Source: Saprolegnia diclina VS20
Lineage: Eukaryota
Assembly: GCF_000281045.1 (NCBI RefSeq)
Contig: NW_008246069.1
Span: forward strand, 502,326-562,470
Length of the DNA: 60,145 bases
Direction: 5' to 3'
Shown: one piece after another, positions 12,261 through 23,641 of the stretch
Layout: each line of letters starts with the position of its first letter
Numbering within the stretch: position 1 is the first letter of the stretch
Notes under the pieces: model-generated
What the model was told of the DNA's origin: nothing
Seen by the model: the letters and a program-made list of their open reading frames with translations, nothing else
The model's database searches: none
Program-made: the position numbers and the translations under genes

Positions 12261-12916
12261 ATGTCCAAGAAGCAAGCACCGGCGACAGTCGAGGTCGAGG
12301 AGACGCCGGTCGAGACACCGGACGAGGCCAAAGGCTCCGGCATCTTCACTTTTCCCGACGGCGGCAAGTATGGTGCGACTCTCCAAAGCTCGCTGTCCCA
12401 AAACTGACGTATTGCATAGATGGCGAGTTTGAGAGCTGCCAACAAGTCACGATGCGCCACGGCCACGGAACCCACTGGAACGGGCCCGAAAAGTATACGG
12501 GAACATGGAGCAAGGACACCATGGATGGCAAAGGTAGACTTTCAACTCGTGGACTGCCGTGTCATTGGCCGTGCCCGTTAGGCGTCTATTCGTTTGCATC
12601 CGGAGCTGTGTACGAGGTATGTATCGCCGGAATTGTTACCATTCCCATATTTCGTGACTTGTAGGGGGAATTCAAAGCCAATTTGTTTTGTGGCAACGGC
12701 ACGTACCGCTGGAGCGACGGCGCCACGTACGTTGGTCAGTGGCGCGAGAGCAAGTATGTGATCTATTTCTAGTCGTTGTCTACTATAGTCAGTCAATGAT
12801 CGCGTACTAGGATGCACGGGAGCGGCTGCTACACGGACAAGGACGGCGTCGAGTGGCGCGGCACGTTCTTCAACGGGAAATTTGACAATGGGCGCGCGTT
12901 CCTGACACTGCGCTGA
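12261..12916 (+). CDS. Small MORN-repeat protein, MORN2-like
   Basis: Spliced product contains GIFTFPDGGKYDGEF, MRHGHG, YTGTWSKDTMDGKG, YEGEFKANLFCGNG and YVGQWRESKMHGSG. Stop at 12914-12916. Confidence 0.88.
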
Positions 12917-13037
12917 GCATTGTATGAAACACATGTACACATCATATAAAACATCTGTTTTAAACACACCTCGGAAAGCTTGCCACTTGTTCCGTTGCAA
13001 TTTATTTTATTTTTATTACTTTAACAAAGAAAGATCC

Positions 13038-14082
13038 ATGCAGCGGACGACGTCGGCCGTGTTCCTGCTGCTCGCGCTGCTTGCGCTGAGCGCGTTCGCG
13101 CAGCAGGACGTCGACAATACGTTCTGCCCCATCTGCAACATGGTCGTTGTGCCGAGTATTGCGCAGGCCATCCAAGGCGACCAGGCCATCTACGCGTGCG
13201 ACATGGCCGGCCACTTTCACCAGCTCACGAGCAGCCCCGTGCGTTCGTCGCTAGCCCTGCACGCTCTTACGCACGACGTAGAAAACGTTCCTGCGCGGTA
13301 CGGTCGCCGTGCCGCAGCTGCCTGCACCGTACGTCAAGGCCAAAATGGGCTGCCCCGTGTGCGGCCATCCCGACCTCACGCACGCAGTGCCATGGGGTCC
13401 GCACGGCAACCAAAAGATCTTTGCGTGCTCAGAAGACCACGCCAAGATGATTCTAGACAGCCCGGTATGATTTTTTGCCCTATGCTATGCAAGTAGTTGT
13501 TTACGTCGTCACTAGGCCACGTACTTTGTCGCGGCGCCTCACAACGACACGTCAGGCTTTTGCCACGGTGCGACCGGCATGTACGATGGATTCCAGTCGG
13601 CGATCGACGGCTTTTGCCCGCGTATCTTTTTCGAGTCGTGGGTGCTCAACTCGGGCGCCAAGTATGCGATTGGGTTTTGCGGCGTCGTGCTCCTCGGTAT
13701 TGCGGTCGAGGCGCTCGTCGAAGCCCAAACGCTCCTCCGGCAGCGCTGGACGCGGCGATATGCAGTCGCCGTGTGGTCCGAGCCGTCGCTGGACGATTCG
13801 CTCTTGGACGACAGCAATGAAGCGCTCTCCAAGGAGCTCTTGACGTGCGACGAGCGCCCGCGCGTCGTGGCGCGTCGCCTGCCAATGTGGTGCAAAGTGT
13901 GTTTGGCTGGCGTCTACATGTGCACCATGACCGGTGCATATCTGCTCATGCTCGTTGTCATGACGTACGAGACGGGTTTATTCATCGCCGCAGTTCTCGG
14001 CCTCGGGCTTGGTTTCTTCTTCTTCAAGGACGTCGATGGCCTGCTCATGGAAGGCAACCCCGACCCGTGCTGCTCCACGTAG
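13038..14082 (+). CDS. Ctr-family copper transporter with signal peptide and two Cys/His N-terminal modules
   Basis: YLLMLVVMTYETGLFIAAVLGLGLG carries the MxxxM and GxxxG motifs. Three TMs, C-terminal PDPCC, two phase-0 introns. Confidence 0.88.
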
Positions 14083-14781
14083 CATTGCATTCTGAATGTT
14101 TGATAAAGTGCTCGTTTCTTTCTGTGCCGCTGTAGGACCAACCGACCCGACTCACCAAATGATCTAACTCGATTCTGGCAATGATTCATATCACGCGCCG
14201 TTACTGAGCACGGAGTTGCTACGTCGGTAGCAGTCCCATGACGAAACCAATAGCGAGTACAATGCCTCCCAACTGCCGGCGCTCATTGGTTTGTATCGGA
14301 CGATGGCAAGTTAAGGAAAGAAGATGACAGAACGGCTAGATTAGATACAATATTGTCATGGGAAACCGATTGTTTGGCGCTGAGCGTGAGGTGTCATACG
14401 GCACATCTTGCTTCGACTTGCCTTCAGGGTCTCTCTGCATCTTCCGACACGCCTCGGTTTCGCGGTTGCTGCAAGAAAGCAACATTCTCGTCTGTGGTCA
14501 CGGTTAGAAAGACTGGGGCAACTCGTAGGGTGACTAGGGCAAGCAGTGCAATTGATGCACCAGCGGTGCCTCCTTCCACCGATGCACTGGCTGGACCCGA
14601 GTGCCCTCCAATCAAGAGACGCAGCGTCGGTGTGCAAATGAGCTTGCCCTGTGCTGCGGTAAAGCGTTTGATGATTGATGTTCCTTGGTATCAGCAACTC
14701 CAAATTTTTTGATACTGAGGGGTTCTTGTTGTTGGAAAGTTATGCAAGCGCTTGAAATGCATAAACAGAACTCATTGACGA

Positions 14782-15141
14782 TTAAATGTAGCGCTCGAGC
14801 TCGTCGCGGATGACGGTAAGCTCGTCAATTTGGCAACGAAGCGACTTGTTCTCTGCAATCGCCTCGTCGACCTGTGCGGCAAAGACCGCCGCGACGTCTT
14901 TCCAGGACAAGGCTGACCGCTGCACCGCTCGCTCGGTTAAGATCATATCGATTTGCGCCTTGAGCTCTGCCACTCGTTGCGTGAGGTACCGAAGTTCGTG
15001 CGGTGTTTGCTTGCGGTACTCGCGCTTCCGTTGCCGTTCAAAGAGCCGCTTCTGAAATTTGGGGTCCGCTGGGTCGTGTCGCTGGGCGTCCTCAATGTCA
15101 TAGAGGATTTCGCGCGTGGACAAGTCGTCTTCCTGAAGCAT
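14782..15141 (-). CDS. Short basic/coiled-coil (bZIP-like, M96-family-like) protein, copy 1
   Basis: KRLFERQRKREYRKQ basic region, heptad coil and LSWKDVA motif. Paralogous to 15898-16284. Confidence 0.7.
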   Translation of the reverse strand: MLQEDDLSTREILYDIEDAQRHDPADPKFQKRLFERQRKREYRKQTPHELRYLTQRVAELKAQIDMILTERAVQRSALSWKDVAAVFAAQVDEAIAENKSLRCQIDELTVIRDELERYI

Positions 15142-15897
15142 ATTGTCCAATACCAAGAGGCGGTCGGCCGTGATGGATTTGGTCCTTTCTCCAGCTGGGA
15201 GCATTCCACCCGTTACACATACTAGTAAGCACCACCATAACACCACACTTGACATTTGTATGTCGAAAGGTAACGGGACAAGACGTTCACTCAGTATCAA
15301 AGACGCTCATTCAGTCGTTCGTTGTGGACGGATTTGGACGCTTTGCCTTTTTCGTGGCACCTATGTCTTTGCGTAGACGTCACCGGTTCAATTCCTCCAG
15401 TCGTCACCGCACCCGTTTGTCCCCGACAAGGTCGGCACCGTCTACGGCTCCGTCGGAAATGGACGATCTAGTGGCATCAAGACCAACTTCTTGGTGACAC
15501 ATGTCCAAGCTCGATTCCGATGACTCGCATTGTTCTTCAAGGTCTTTTGCATCGCTCTGGAACAAACACAAACCATGAAGCGCCTCACGGAAACAAGCAT
15601 CACTAAAGCAAAGATGGGACTAGCGCCAACACGATTGCCCCGAAGTGACCACCGTATGCGCACTCATCCAGCATTGCCTGTGTGCCTAAGCCGTCACATT
15701 GCGATAAACCAAACGGTAGTGTCTAAAAGATGACGTGATTTTGACAACAGGATGCAGGTCAACGCCACCGCTCGGTTTCGCCAGGCGTACATGCCTTGCA
15801 TTCAAGCGATTGCACCGTAGCTCGTATCCCACATCACCCCACACGCAAGCCCACGACAACAATCACGTGGCGTCCAAAGATAAATAAGGTGTGTTGT

Positions 15898-16284
15898 TTA
15901 TGGCGGCGTCTGCCGGACGTACTCGTAGACCCATTGGTTCATCTCGTGGAGGCGCTCGCGAAGCGCTTGGTTCTCGACGAGCGCGTGCTGGGCTTCCTCT
16001 TCAAAGACGGTGGCAACGACCTGCCACGAGATCGAGAGCGTGGACTTGTCCTCGGACGTCGTGTGGTTCTCGCGCTGGGCTTGGAGGGCCGCCAGATGCG
16101 CTTCGAGCTCTTCGATGCGCTGCTTGAGGTATCGCATCTCGTGGGGCACTTGCTTGCGGTACTCGCGCTTGCGCTGGCGGTCGTAGAGTCGCTTCTGGAA
16201 AGTTGGGTCCGTCGGGTCGTGCTGCTGGGCGTCGAGAATGTCGTACATGATTTCGCGCGTCGAAACATCGTCTTCGCCGAGCAT
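15898..16284 (-). CDS. Short basic/coiled-coil (bZIP-like, M96-family-like) protein, copy 2
   Basis: KRLYDRQRKREYRKQ and ISWQVVA motifs. INR-like TCTCACTTTTCCATT lies upstream (about 16322-16336). Confidence 0.7.
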   Translation of the reverse strand: MLGEDDVSTREIMYDILDAQQHDPTDPTFQKRLYDRQRKREYRKQVPHEMRYLKQRIEELEAHLAALQAQRENHTTSEDKSTLSISWQVVATVFEEEAQHALVENQALRERLHEMNQWVYEYVRQTPP

Positions 16285-16851
16285 TTTTGTAGTTTTGTGT
16301 GTTGTGACGCGGCCGAGGTCAATGGAAAAGTGAGATCCAACCGTGCGTGACATCTTGTGCACGTCTGGTCTCGTTGACGTTGCACCTGATGGTCGCGAGC
16401 TTGTGAATGGTTGTCTCTCGGGCGGGTTTTCGACATTGCGTAACTGGAATCCTATACGGGACGTCCAACCCGCCCGACATCCAGCACTCATGCTCATCGA
16501 CCATCATTCTCATTACCTTGCATATTCGATAGCTCAGACATCTATTTCTACGGGCATAAACCTGTGAGAATATATATGGACGACATGCTGATAAGAGGTT
16601 CTCGCGCGCCGCAGCCAAACATTTTTATGAATCGGGCATCAAAATTCTCTTGATATTTGTATGGTGCCATTGACAGCGAAGCGGGATCCCAACGCAGACG
16701 TGGGTTCGAGCTGCGGATTTTCGTTGTGTGGGGTACCTGAGCTCAATTAATTGAAATAAATAGGATATATGTATGGCATACAAAATACAGGACAGAAGCT
16801 CCCTCCTGAAAAGCCTTTGGAAAATTTCCCCTAAAATCGGAAGGAAGCCCC

Positions 16852-19474
16852 ATGTCATTCTTCGCGTCCGACGATAGCGGCAGCGTCTGGTCCAAGGCCG
16901 CGACCCTCTTCAACATCTCGAGGTAGATACCTCTCCACGCGACCGCCATGCTGGCTGGCGACGGCGATGGCATGGCGCGCTTCCTCGCCCATGCCCGGCC
17001 AGCCATCGAGGGGCGGCGATCCATCGTAACGTCTGGCTCATGCGACGTGCTAGCCCCTTGGCCGACCTGCTCGACCGCGATGACTTTACGCTCGAGCAAG
17101 TGCTTGAAGAAGACGAGCTCATCCAGGAGGTGAAGACGCGCAACGTCAAGCTCCTGCAATTGTATGTTCTACCGTCGTCGACGACCCACGGAGAATGATG
17201 ACGTCCATTAGCTTGTCGACAGAGGAGTCGGTGCGCAAGATGGTCTACTACATTACGCGCACGCCCGAAGACGGCGACAGCGACCTCAAGGCCATCAAGT
17301 GCGAAGATGCATGTATCCACACCGTCGTGCTCACGTGGCCTATCGCATAGGTACCCGTTCATGTCGTGCGAGGTGCTCTGCTGCGATATCATGTGCATCA
17401 CCGAGACGCTCTCGACCGCGGCCGACGGCGCGATTGTCGAGGACTTGTTCAAGCTCCTCCAGCAGCCGTCGCCGCTCGACTCGCGCCTCGCTGGCTACTT
17501 TGAGAAGGTAGTCTTGCCACAGCCATGTCTCGTCCCTGCAAGGCGCATAGGTCATTTCGCTGCTCATGATCCGCAAGCCGCAAGAGATGACGACGCTCAT
17601 GAACAAGAACGCGGACGGGCTGTTGCAAGGGTTTATGGCCCACACGCTCTCGTTCTCGATCGCCGAGATGTTCAAGCGCCTCATGCAGCCCTACCATTCG
17701 GGTAGCGCCATCCATACCTTGTGCATCGTGGCTCACTTGGACGCAGATTACTTGGACGACGTCGACTTTACGCACCCGTATGCGTCCAACAACTGGTACT
17801 CCTCCAACGACGACGACAGCATCATGGGCACGCCGGAGGCCAAGAAGACGCTTTTGTGGCAATCGGATCGCCATGTCATCGACTACCTCGTCGCGAATCT
17901 GAAGCCGACCAAGGACATCAATGGCGAGACGGTCGCTGTCGACAGCGACGTTCACAAGCACACGGCCGAAATCTTGGCCGACATCATCCACTATGGCACG
18001 CGGTCGAGCTCGGACACGTCCAGCCCGCCGTCGGTGACCCTCGTCGAGCACATTGAAACGAAGGAAGTCATCGACTCGATCCTGGACCTCGCGCTGCCAG
18101 TGGGGACGCCGGTCATGTCGTCGATGACGTCGGCGCTCACGGTGCTCTCGGCGCTCTTGACGCGTCATGCCAACGCCCACTACAGCTCGACCACGCCCGA
18201 GACGGTCTCGGTGGTCATCTCTGCGACGGTCGAGCGCCTTCCCCAGGTACAAAACTGTGGCTGTGACGGTTCGCATCTCACAAATGTGATAGATTTGCAG
18301 AGCCCTCAAGGACGACGCGGGGACGCGCGTCAACACCAAGCACCAAACTGTGCCGCGCTTGGGACTTCGCCGGCTCAAGCTCGTCGGTCTCTTGGTGCTG
18401 CTCATGCAAGCCAAGTACCGAGTCATTGACGCCGTGATTCTCGCCGAGGTACACTCGATGAAAACTCAATTGAAATTCTGACTTGTACTTCTGTAGAATG
18501 CAATCTGCACGTGCTTGGACCTCTTTTTTGAGTTTGAGGCCGTCAACATGCTGCACGCCGAGATCGACAGCATGGTCATTGGCATCCTTGCCAGCGGCGG
18601 CTCGGACCTTCAGGTCGGCCTTCTCAAGCAGTCGAACCTCCTCGGGCGCATCATGCAGACGTACGAAGAGAACGCCGTACGACGACAATCAATTCGTCCC
18701 GATCATTTGCCTAATGCCTGCAATAGGAGGTCACGAACGGCAATGCGAAGGGCTACATGGGCCACTTGCTGCGCATCTCCAACATGATTACGACCGTGAC
18801 GGACGAGGTCCGCGGCACGGACGCACGCGGCTCGCTCAACGATATGACGCATGCCGACAGCATCGTCGACCACCTCGAGAGCGACCCGCTCTGGCCCAAG
18901 TGGGAGGCGTTTGTCAAGACAACGCTGAGCGCCATCAACGAGAAGGAAAGCCATTCGATCCACGGTGTCATGTCGGAGCCCGACGTACGTTGCGACTTTT
19001 GCGTGTCGTTGTGTCTCACGCCGCTATGCGTAGGTCGATCCGTACAGCACCATGATGCAGTTTGACCATCAGTTTACGTCGTCGCAGTTTGCCGATATGA
19101 TGATGGAGCAGGGACATCACTCGTTTGAGACGGACTTTGACCTGCCGCATGACAACGACCCGCCGGCCATGATCCACGACAGCAGTAGCAGCGACGAAGA
19201 CGAAGATTTCACAGAGTTTGACCCGCGCGCGGCGTACGGCATGAGCGCCGGCATCCCCGTGCTCTCGTCGGATGACGACGACGACGCGATCATGCCGTCG
19301 GGCTCGCACACGCTCAACGACGCGTCGTGGGCCAACTTTGAGTCGCTTAGCGTCAGCGACAGGTAGCACGTGATTGGACAGTGGTCATCCAATCGTTTTC
19401 CTCGTAGCGCCCCGCCAGTGGTCGAAGACTTTGCGTCGTTTGACGCGCCGCCGCCAAGCCCGTCATCGACGTGA
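16852..19474 (+). CDS. SIT4-associated protein (SAPS) / PP6 regulatory subunit
   Basis: LLDRDDFTLEQVLEEDELIQEVK, KYPFMSCEVL, LAGYFEKV, LGLRRLKLV, LDLFFEFEAVNMLH, GYMGHLLRISN and an acidic C-terminal tail. Multi-exon. Confidence 0.9.
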
Positions 19475-19597
19475 GCACGGTAGTACAACGTATGTAGGAC
19501 GTCAGGACTTGTTTTCGCTTTATAAACATTGGCATGCTTCCATGCCCTGCGTGATGATGACGAGGACGATGTACGAAGAAGTGCAGTCGAGGTAGTA

Positions 19598-21832
19598 TTA
19601 CGTCGCGGGGCCCCATCGACTCTTCTTGACGCGGGGCGCCGGCTCGACGACCGCGTCGGCTTCGCGCATTCCCCACCGACTGCGTTTCCGCTCCGGCGGC
19701 GGGGCGAGGCTACCAGCGCTACTACTACTACCGACGACCGCAGCGGATCGGGACTCGGGCGGTGGGCTGTACGCTGGCGGTGGGCTGTACGCTGGCGGTG
19801 GGCTGTACGCTGGCGGTGGGCTGTACGCTGGCGGTGGGCTGTACGCTGGCGGTGGGCTGCGGACTGGAGGCGGGTTGTAGACGGGAGGCGGGTTGTACGC
19901 TGGCGGGGCCGAGCTCCGCACAAAGCCAAAGGTCTGCTCGATGCACATGGGAGCGGCCGCGCCATTTTTGCTGGCACTAGACGCTGCCACGAACCCGAGG
20001 CCCATGCCTCGTTTTGCCGGTGGTCCGCCTTTCTTTTTGCTCTGGAAGCCAAAGCCGAGGCCCTGACGCTGCTCTTGCTTTGACTTGGGCTGCGTCATGG
20101 ACATCGCATACTCGCGCTCAACAGCATCAATCTCATCGTCGTCGCCGTCCTGATGGGATGCTTGTGGCGCGCGGCGGCGATGAAAGTGGGGGGAGCGCGC
20201 CGCCAGGTGGAGCAGATCCGAGCCGACGACGTTTTGGCGCGACCCGTCCATGTTGTTGACGAGGTGGCCCGCAAACTCGACGTCGTTCGGTGTCAAGAGC
20301 GTGTACGCGGTGCCCGGCGCGACGCCGTCGACGCCCATGCGGCCTGTGCGACCAATGCGGTGCACGTGCGTGTCGATGGACTTGGCGGCGTCGTAGTTGA
20401 CGACGTTGCGTACGTCCTTGATGTCGAGACCGCGCGCCGCCACGTCCGTAGCGACCAAGATGGGACACGCGCTCGTCTTGAAGCGGTGGAGCGCGTCGGA
20501 TCGGTCGTACTGCGACTTGTCGCCATGGAGCGAGACGCACGTGAGTTTGATCGGATGGTCGTTGAGGTTGGTTGAGACTTCGTCGACACCGGCCTTGCTA
20601 CTGACAAAGACAAGGAGCTTGCCTTGCGCCACGAGCTCGGGGAGCTTTGCAATGAGCCAATTCCACTTGGCCGCAGGGTTCTACTTGCATCCAGTTGAAA
20701 CATTGATACAAAAGACAAGACGTACCGGGAGCACGACAGCAACTTGCTTGATTTCGTCGTTGGCCTGGCCGACGGTCCCCACAATGATCTTGGCGGGTTT
20801 GGTCAGCACGTCCCGTGCCAAAGCCTCGATGCGCTTACGAAAGGTCGCCGAAAAGAGCAGCGTCTGACGATCCGGCCGAATCTACCTCGCAACGATAGGT
20901 GGTGGAACGAAAATGGACGATGCTTTGTGTACCTGCCCCAAGATGGACCGGAGCTGCGCTTCAAAGCCCATCTCAAACATGCGGTCGGCTTCGTCGAGGA
21001 CGACAAAGGTCACACGCGAGAGGGACTTGATGACGCGTTTCCGGAGGTGCTCGAGGAGGCGACCAGGCGTCGCGACGACGATCTCTGCGCCCTTCTTGAG
21101 CGACTGGATTTGGTCCCACTTGTTGCCTGCACCGCCGTAGATGGCTGCGCAGTTGGCGTCCATGCTAAACTTCTTGGCTTCAACGTAGATCTGATGGGCG
21201 AGCTCCCGCGTCGGCGAGAGCACGATCGCGATCGGCCCTTCGTCTTTCTCGAGGTACCGCTGGTCCATGATGTGCACCATCATTGGCAGCACGAACGCCA
21301 GCGTCTTCCCGGACCCGGTCTGCGCAATCGCAATGAGGTCGCGCCCCGAGAGCGCCAGCGGGAACGCCTGGGACTGGATCGGCGTCGGCGCCTCGAGGCC
21401 ATGCTTCATGAGCAAGGCGAGGATCTGCCGGCTAAAGCCAGCGTGCATGAACGACCGGATCGGCCCCACGTCGTCGGACCCGACGGGCAGCTCGACCCGA
21501 ATGTCAAGCTCGCGCCGCGACGCTTGTACCTCGGCCGGCGTCATCGCAATGGTGGGCTTGAAGAACGCTTTCCGAAATGGCTCGTATGCGATCTTCGAGT
21601 GGTCGAGCGCTTCGATCTCTTGCATGTCTTGGTTCTTGCTCATGCGGTCCTCGACGTCTTCTTCAAACACTTGGGCAGAGCTGGGTATGGCCATGACGGT
21701 AGTCACGTCCTTCTCCTCTTCCTCAAAGGTGCATCGTTCGATCCGAGGCCGGCGCTCCGCCTTCTCGACCTCGACCTGGGCCTCGATCCCGGCCATGAAC
21801 GCGTCCAGCGGGTCGATCTCGTCGTCGCTCAT
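19598..21832 (-). CDS. DDX42: DEAD-box RNA helicase, DDX42-like
   Basis: IDPLDAFM, PTPIQ, AQTGSGKT, PTRELA, TPGRL, DEAD, FSATF, TDVAARGLD, HRIGRTGR and C-terminal KKSRW. Confidence 0.9.
19758..19906 (-). repeat. 18-bp coding tandem repeat (YSPPPA)n
   Basis: GGCGGTGGGCTGTACGCT occurs five times exactly, followed by three degenerate units. Confidence 0.95.
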
Positions 21833-22049
21833 TCTGGGCTCGATGCAAATGGCAAAACCCACCACGGAGGTGAAAAATAGATGAAAAACCACCGTGTAAA
21901 ACAATCAAGGTCCAAGGCCATTGGCGATTAATTGGCCAATCGCGTCGCTTGTACCATCCTGGTCAACATGGAGGGCGATGAAAGGGATGATTTGTTCCAT
22001 GGTACAGAATCACGGGTTTGTAAATGTAGGGGGACGATGCCGAGGAGGC

Positions 22050-22639
22050 NNNNNNNNNNNNNNNNNNNNNNNNNNNNNNNNNNNNNNNNNNNNNNNNNNN
22101 NNNNNNNNNNNNNNNNNNNNNNNNNNNNNNNNNNNNNNNNNNNNNNNNNNNNNNNNNNNNNNNNNNNNNNNNNNNNNNNNNNNNNNNNNNNNNNNNNNNN
22201 NNNNNNNNNNNNNNNNNNNNNNNNNNNNNNNNNNNNNNNNNNNNNNNNNNNNNNNNNNNNNNNNNNNNNNNNNNNNNNNNNNNNNNNNNNNNNNNNNNNN
22301 NNNNNNNNNNNNNNNNNNNNNNNNNNNNNNNNNNNNNNNNNNNNNNNNNNNNNNNNNNNNNNNNNNNNNNNNNNNNNNNNNNNNNNNNNNNNNNNNNNNN
22401 NNNNNNNNNNNNNNNNNNNNNNNNNNNNNNNNNNNNNNNNNNNNNNNNNNNNNNNNNNNNNNNNNNNNNNNNNNNNNNNNNNNNNNNNNNNNNNNNNNNN
22501 NNNNNNNNNNNNNNNNNNNNNNNNNNNNNNNNNNNNNNNNNNNNNNNNNNNNNNNNNNNNNNNNNNNNNNNNNNNNNNNNNNNNNNNNNNNNNNNNNNNN
22601 NNNNNNNNNNNNNNNNNNNNNNNNNNNNNNNNNNNNNNA
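22050..22639. other. Assembly gap (N run)
   Basis: Run of N. Confidence 1.
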
Positions 22640-22788
22640 ACGAGACGAGATTGTCTGGATCTGCCCGATCGTCCATCAGGCAGTTTGTATCGACACGGCT
22701 TGCTCGCGCCTCTGCCGACGCAGCCATCGCTAGAGCGACCAGGCTCAATGCACCTTGGTGCAGCGTCGGCTGTCCGTAAACCCGTAGG

Positions 22789-23024
22789 ATCTTCTCGGGC
22801 AATGTATGTGTGATGGTGGTACATACATGTAAAAGGTAATACATGTAGATACATGAGCGGTCGCATGAACTTTGGTGCCAAATGACTCACACTGTCAGTG
22901 CAATCAAAAGTGCAACCTGCGATCCGCGACGCAAGATCGCCGTCCCAATTCGGACATCGCCGCATCCAAATCCTAATATAACTAGATTCACGCCACCTTC
23001 CTGCCTTGATCTCGGGCGCTCGAT
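22789..23024 (-). repeat. Dispersed repeat copy B (inverted homologue of 2730-2938)
   Basis: The reverse complement aligns to 2730-2938, including a 41-bp exact block. Confidence 0.9.
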
Positions 23025-23046
23025 ACCGACCATCTATCTATCTGGA

Positions 23047-23444
23047 TGCGAGAATTGCCATGTCGTACATTCCGCACACGCAGCTCCTTGCCCGCCTCAT
23101 CTCGGCCTTTGACGACGCCAAGGCCACCGGCGCCGGCGGCCCGCCACGCGTCGTCAACCTCACGGGCAAGAAGACCATTCCGCGGTCTCTTTTGTGCGAC
23201 ATCTTCGAGGCTCCCGTCAAGCCGACGCTGCAGAACTGCGAGATCCATGTGATCGTTCTGCAACGTTGGCTTGACGGGAGCCTCGAAGATGTCGCACAAA
23301 AGAGACCGCGGAATGGTCTTCTTGCCCGTGAGGTTGACGACGCGTGGCGGGCCGCCGGCGCCGGTGGCCTTGGCGTCGTCAAAGGCCGAGATAAGTCGGG
23401 CAAGGAGCTGCGTGTGCGGAATGTACGGCATGGCAATTCTCGCA
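23047..23444. repeat. Long inverted repeat (fold-back) of a gene 5' end; candidate hairpin RNA locus
   Basis: Arms 23047-23236 and 23255-23444 are 190 bp each with 5 mismatches and an 18-bp spacer. Each arm begins an ORF M(S/P)YIPHTQLLARLISAFDDAK. Confidence 0.95.
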
Positions 23445-23641
23445 ATAATTGTATTATGAGGCTGGTCGGGAAAATTTCGCGGCTGTCCAGCTCCCACTCG
23501 CCCCGAGAATAATCGATGGCTATTGGCTTATTTTATCTGGTGTCCGGATATGCATTCGGTGAAATACTGTGAGAATACATACTGCCAGGATGGGTATGCG
23601 GTTTGAGAGGCGACCTGTGTGGAGGCCAGAGCGAAAAAAGC

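Noticed and set aside
21921..22965. ORFs of 270-345 aa
   Set aside because: Artefacts of the second N gap.
23060..23236. Faint resemblance of the hairpin peptide to SRP9/SRP14 N-termini
   Set aside because: Too few conserved residues to support any name.
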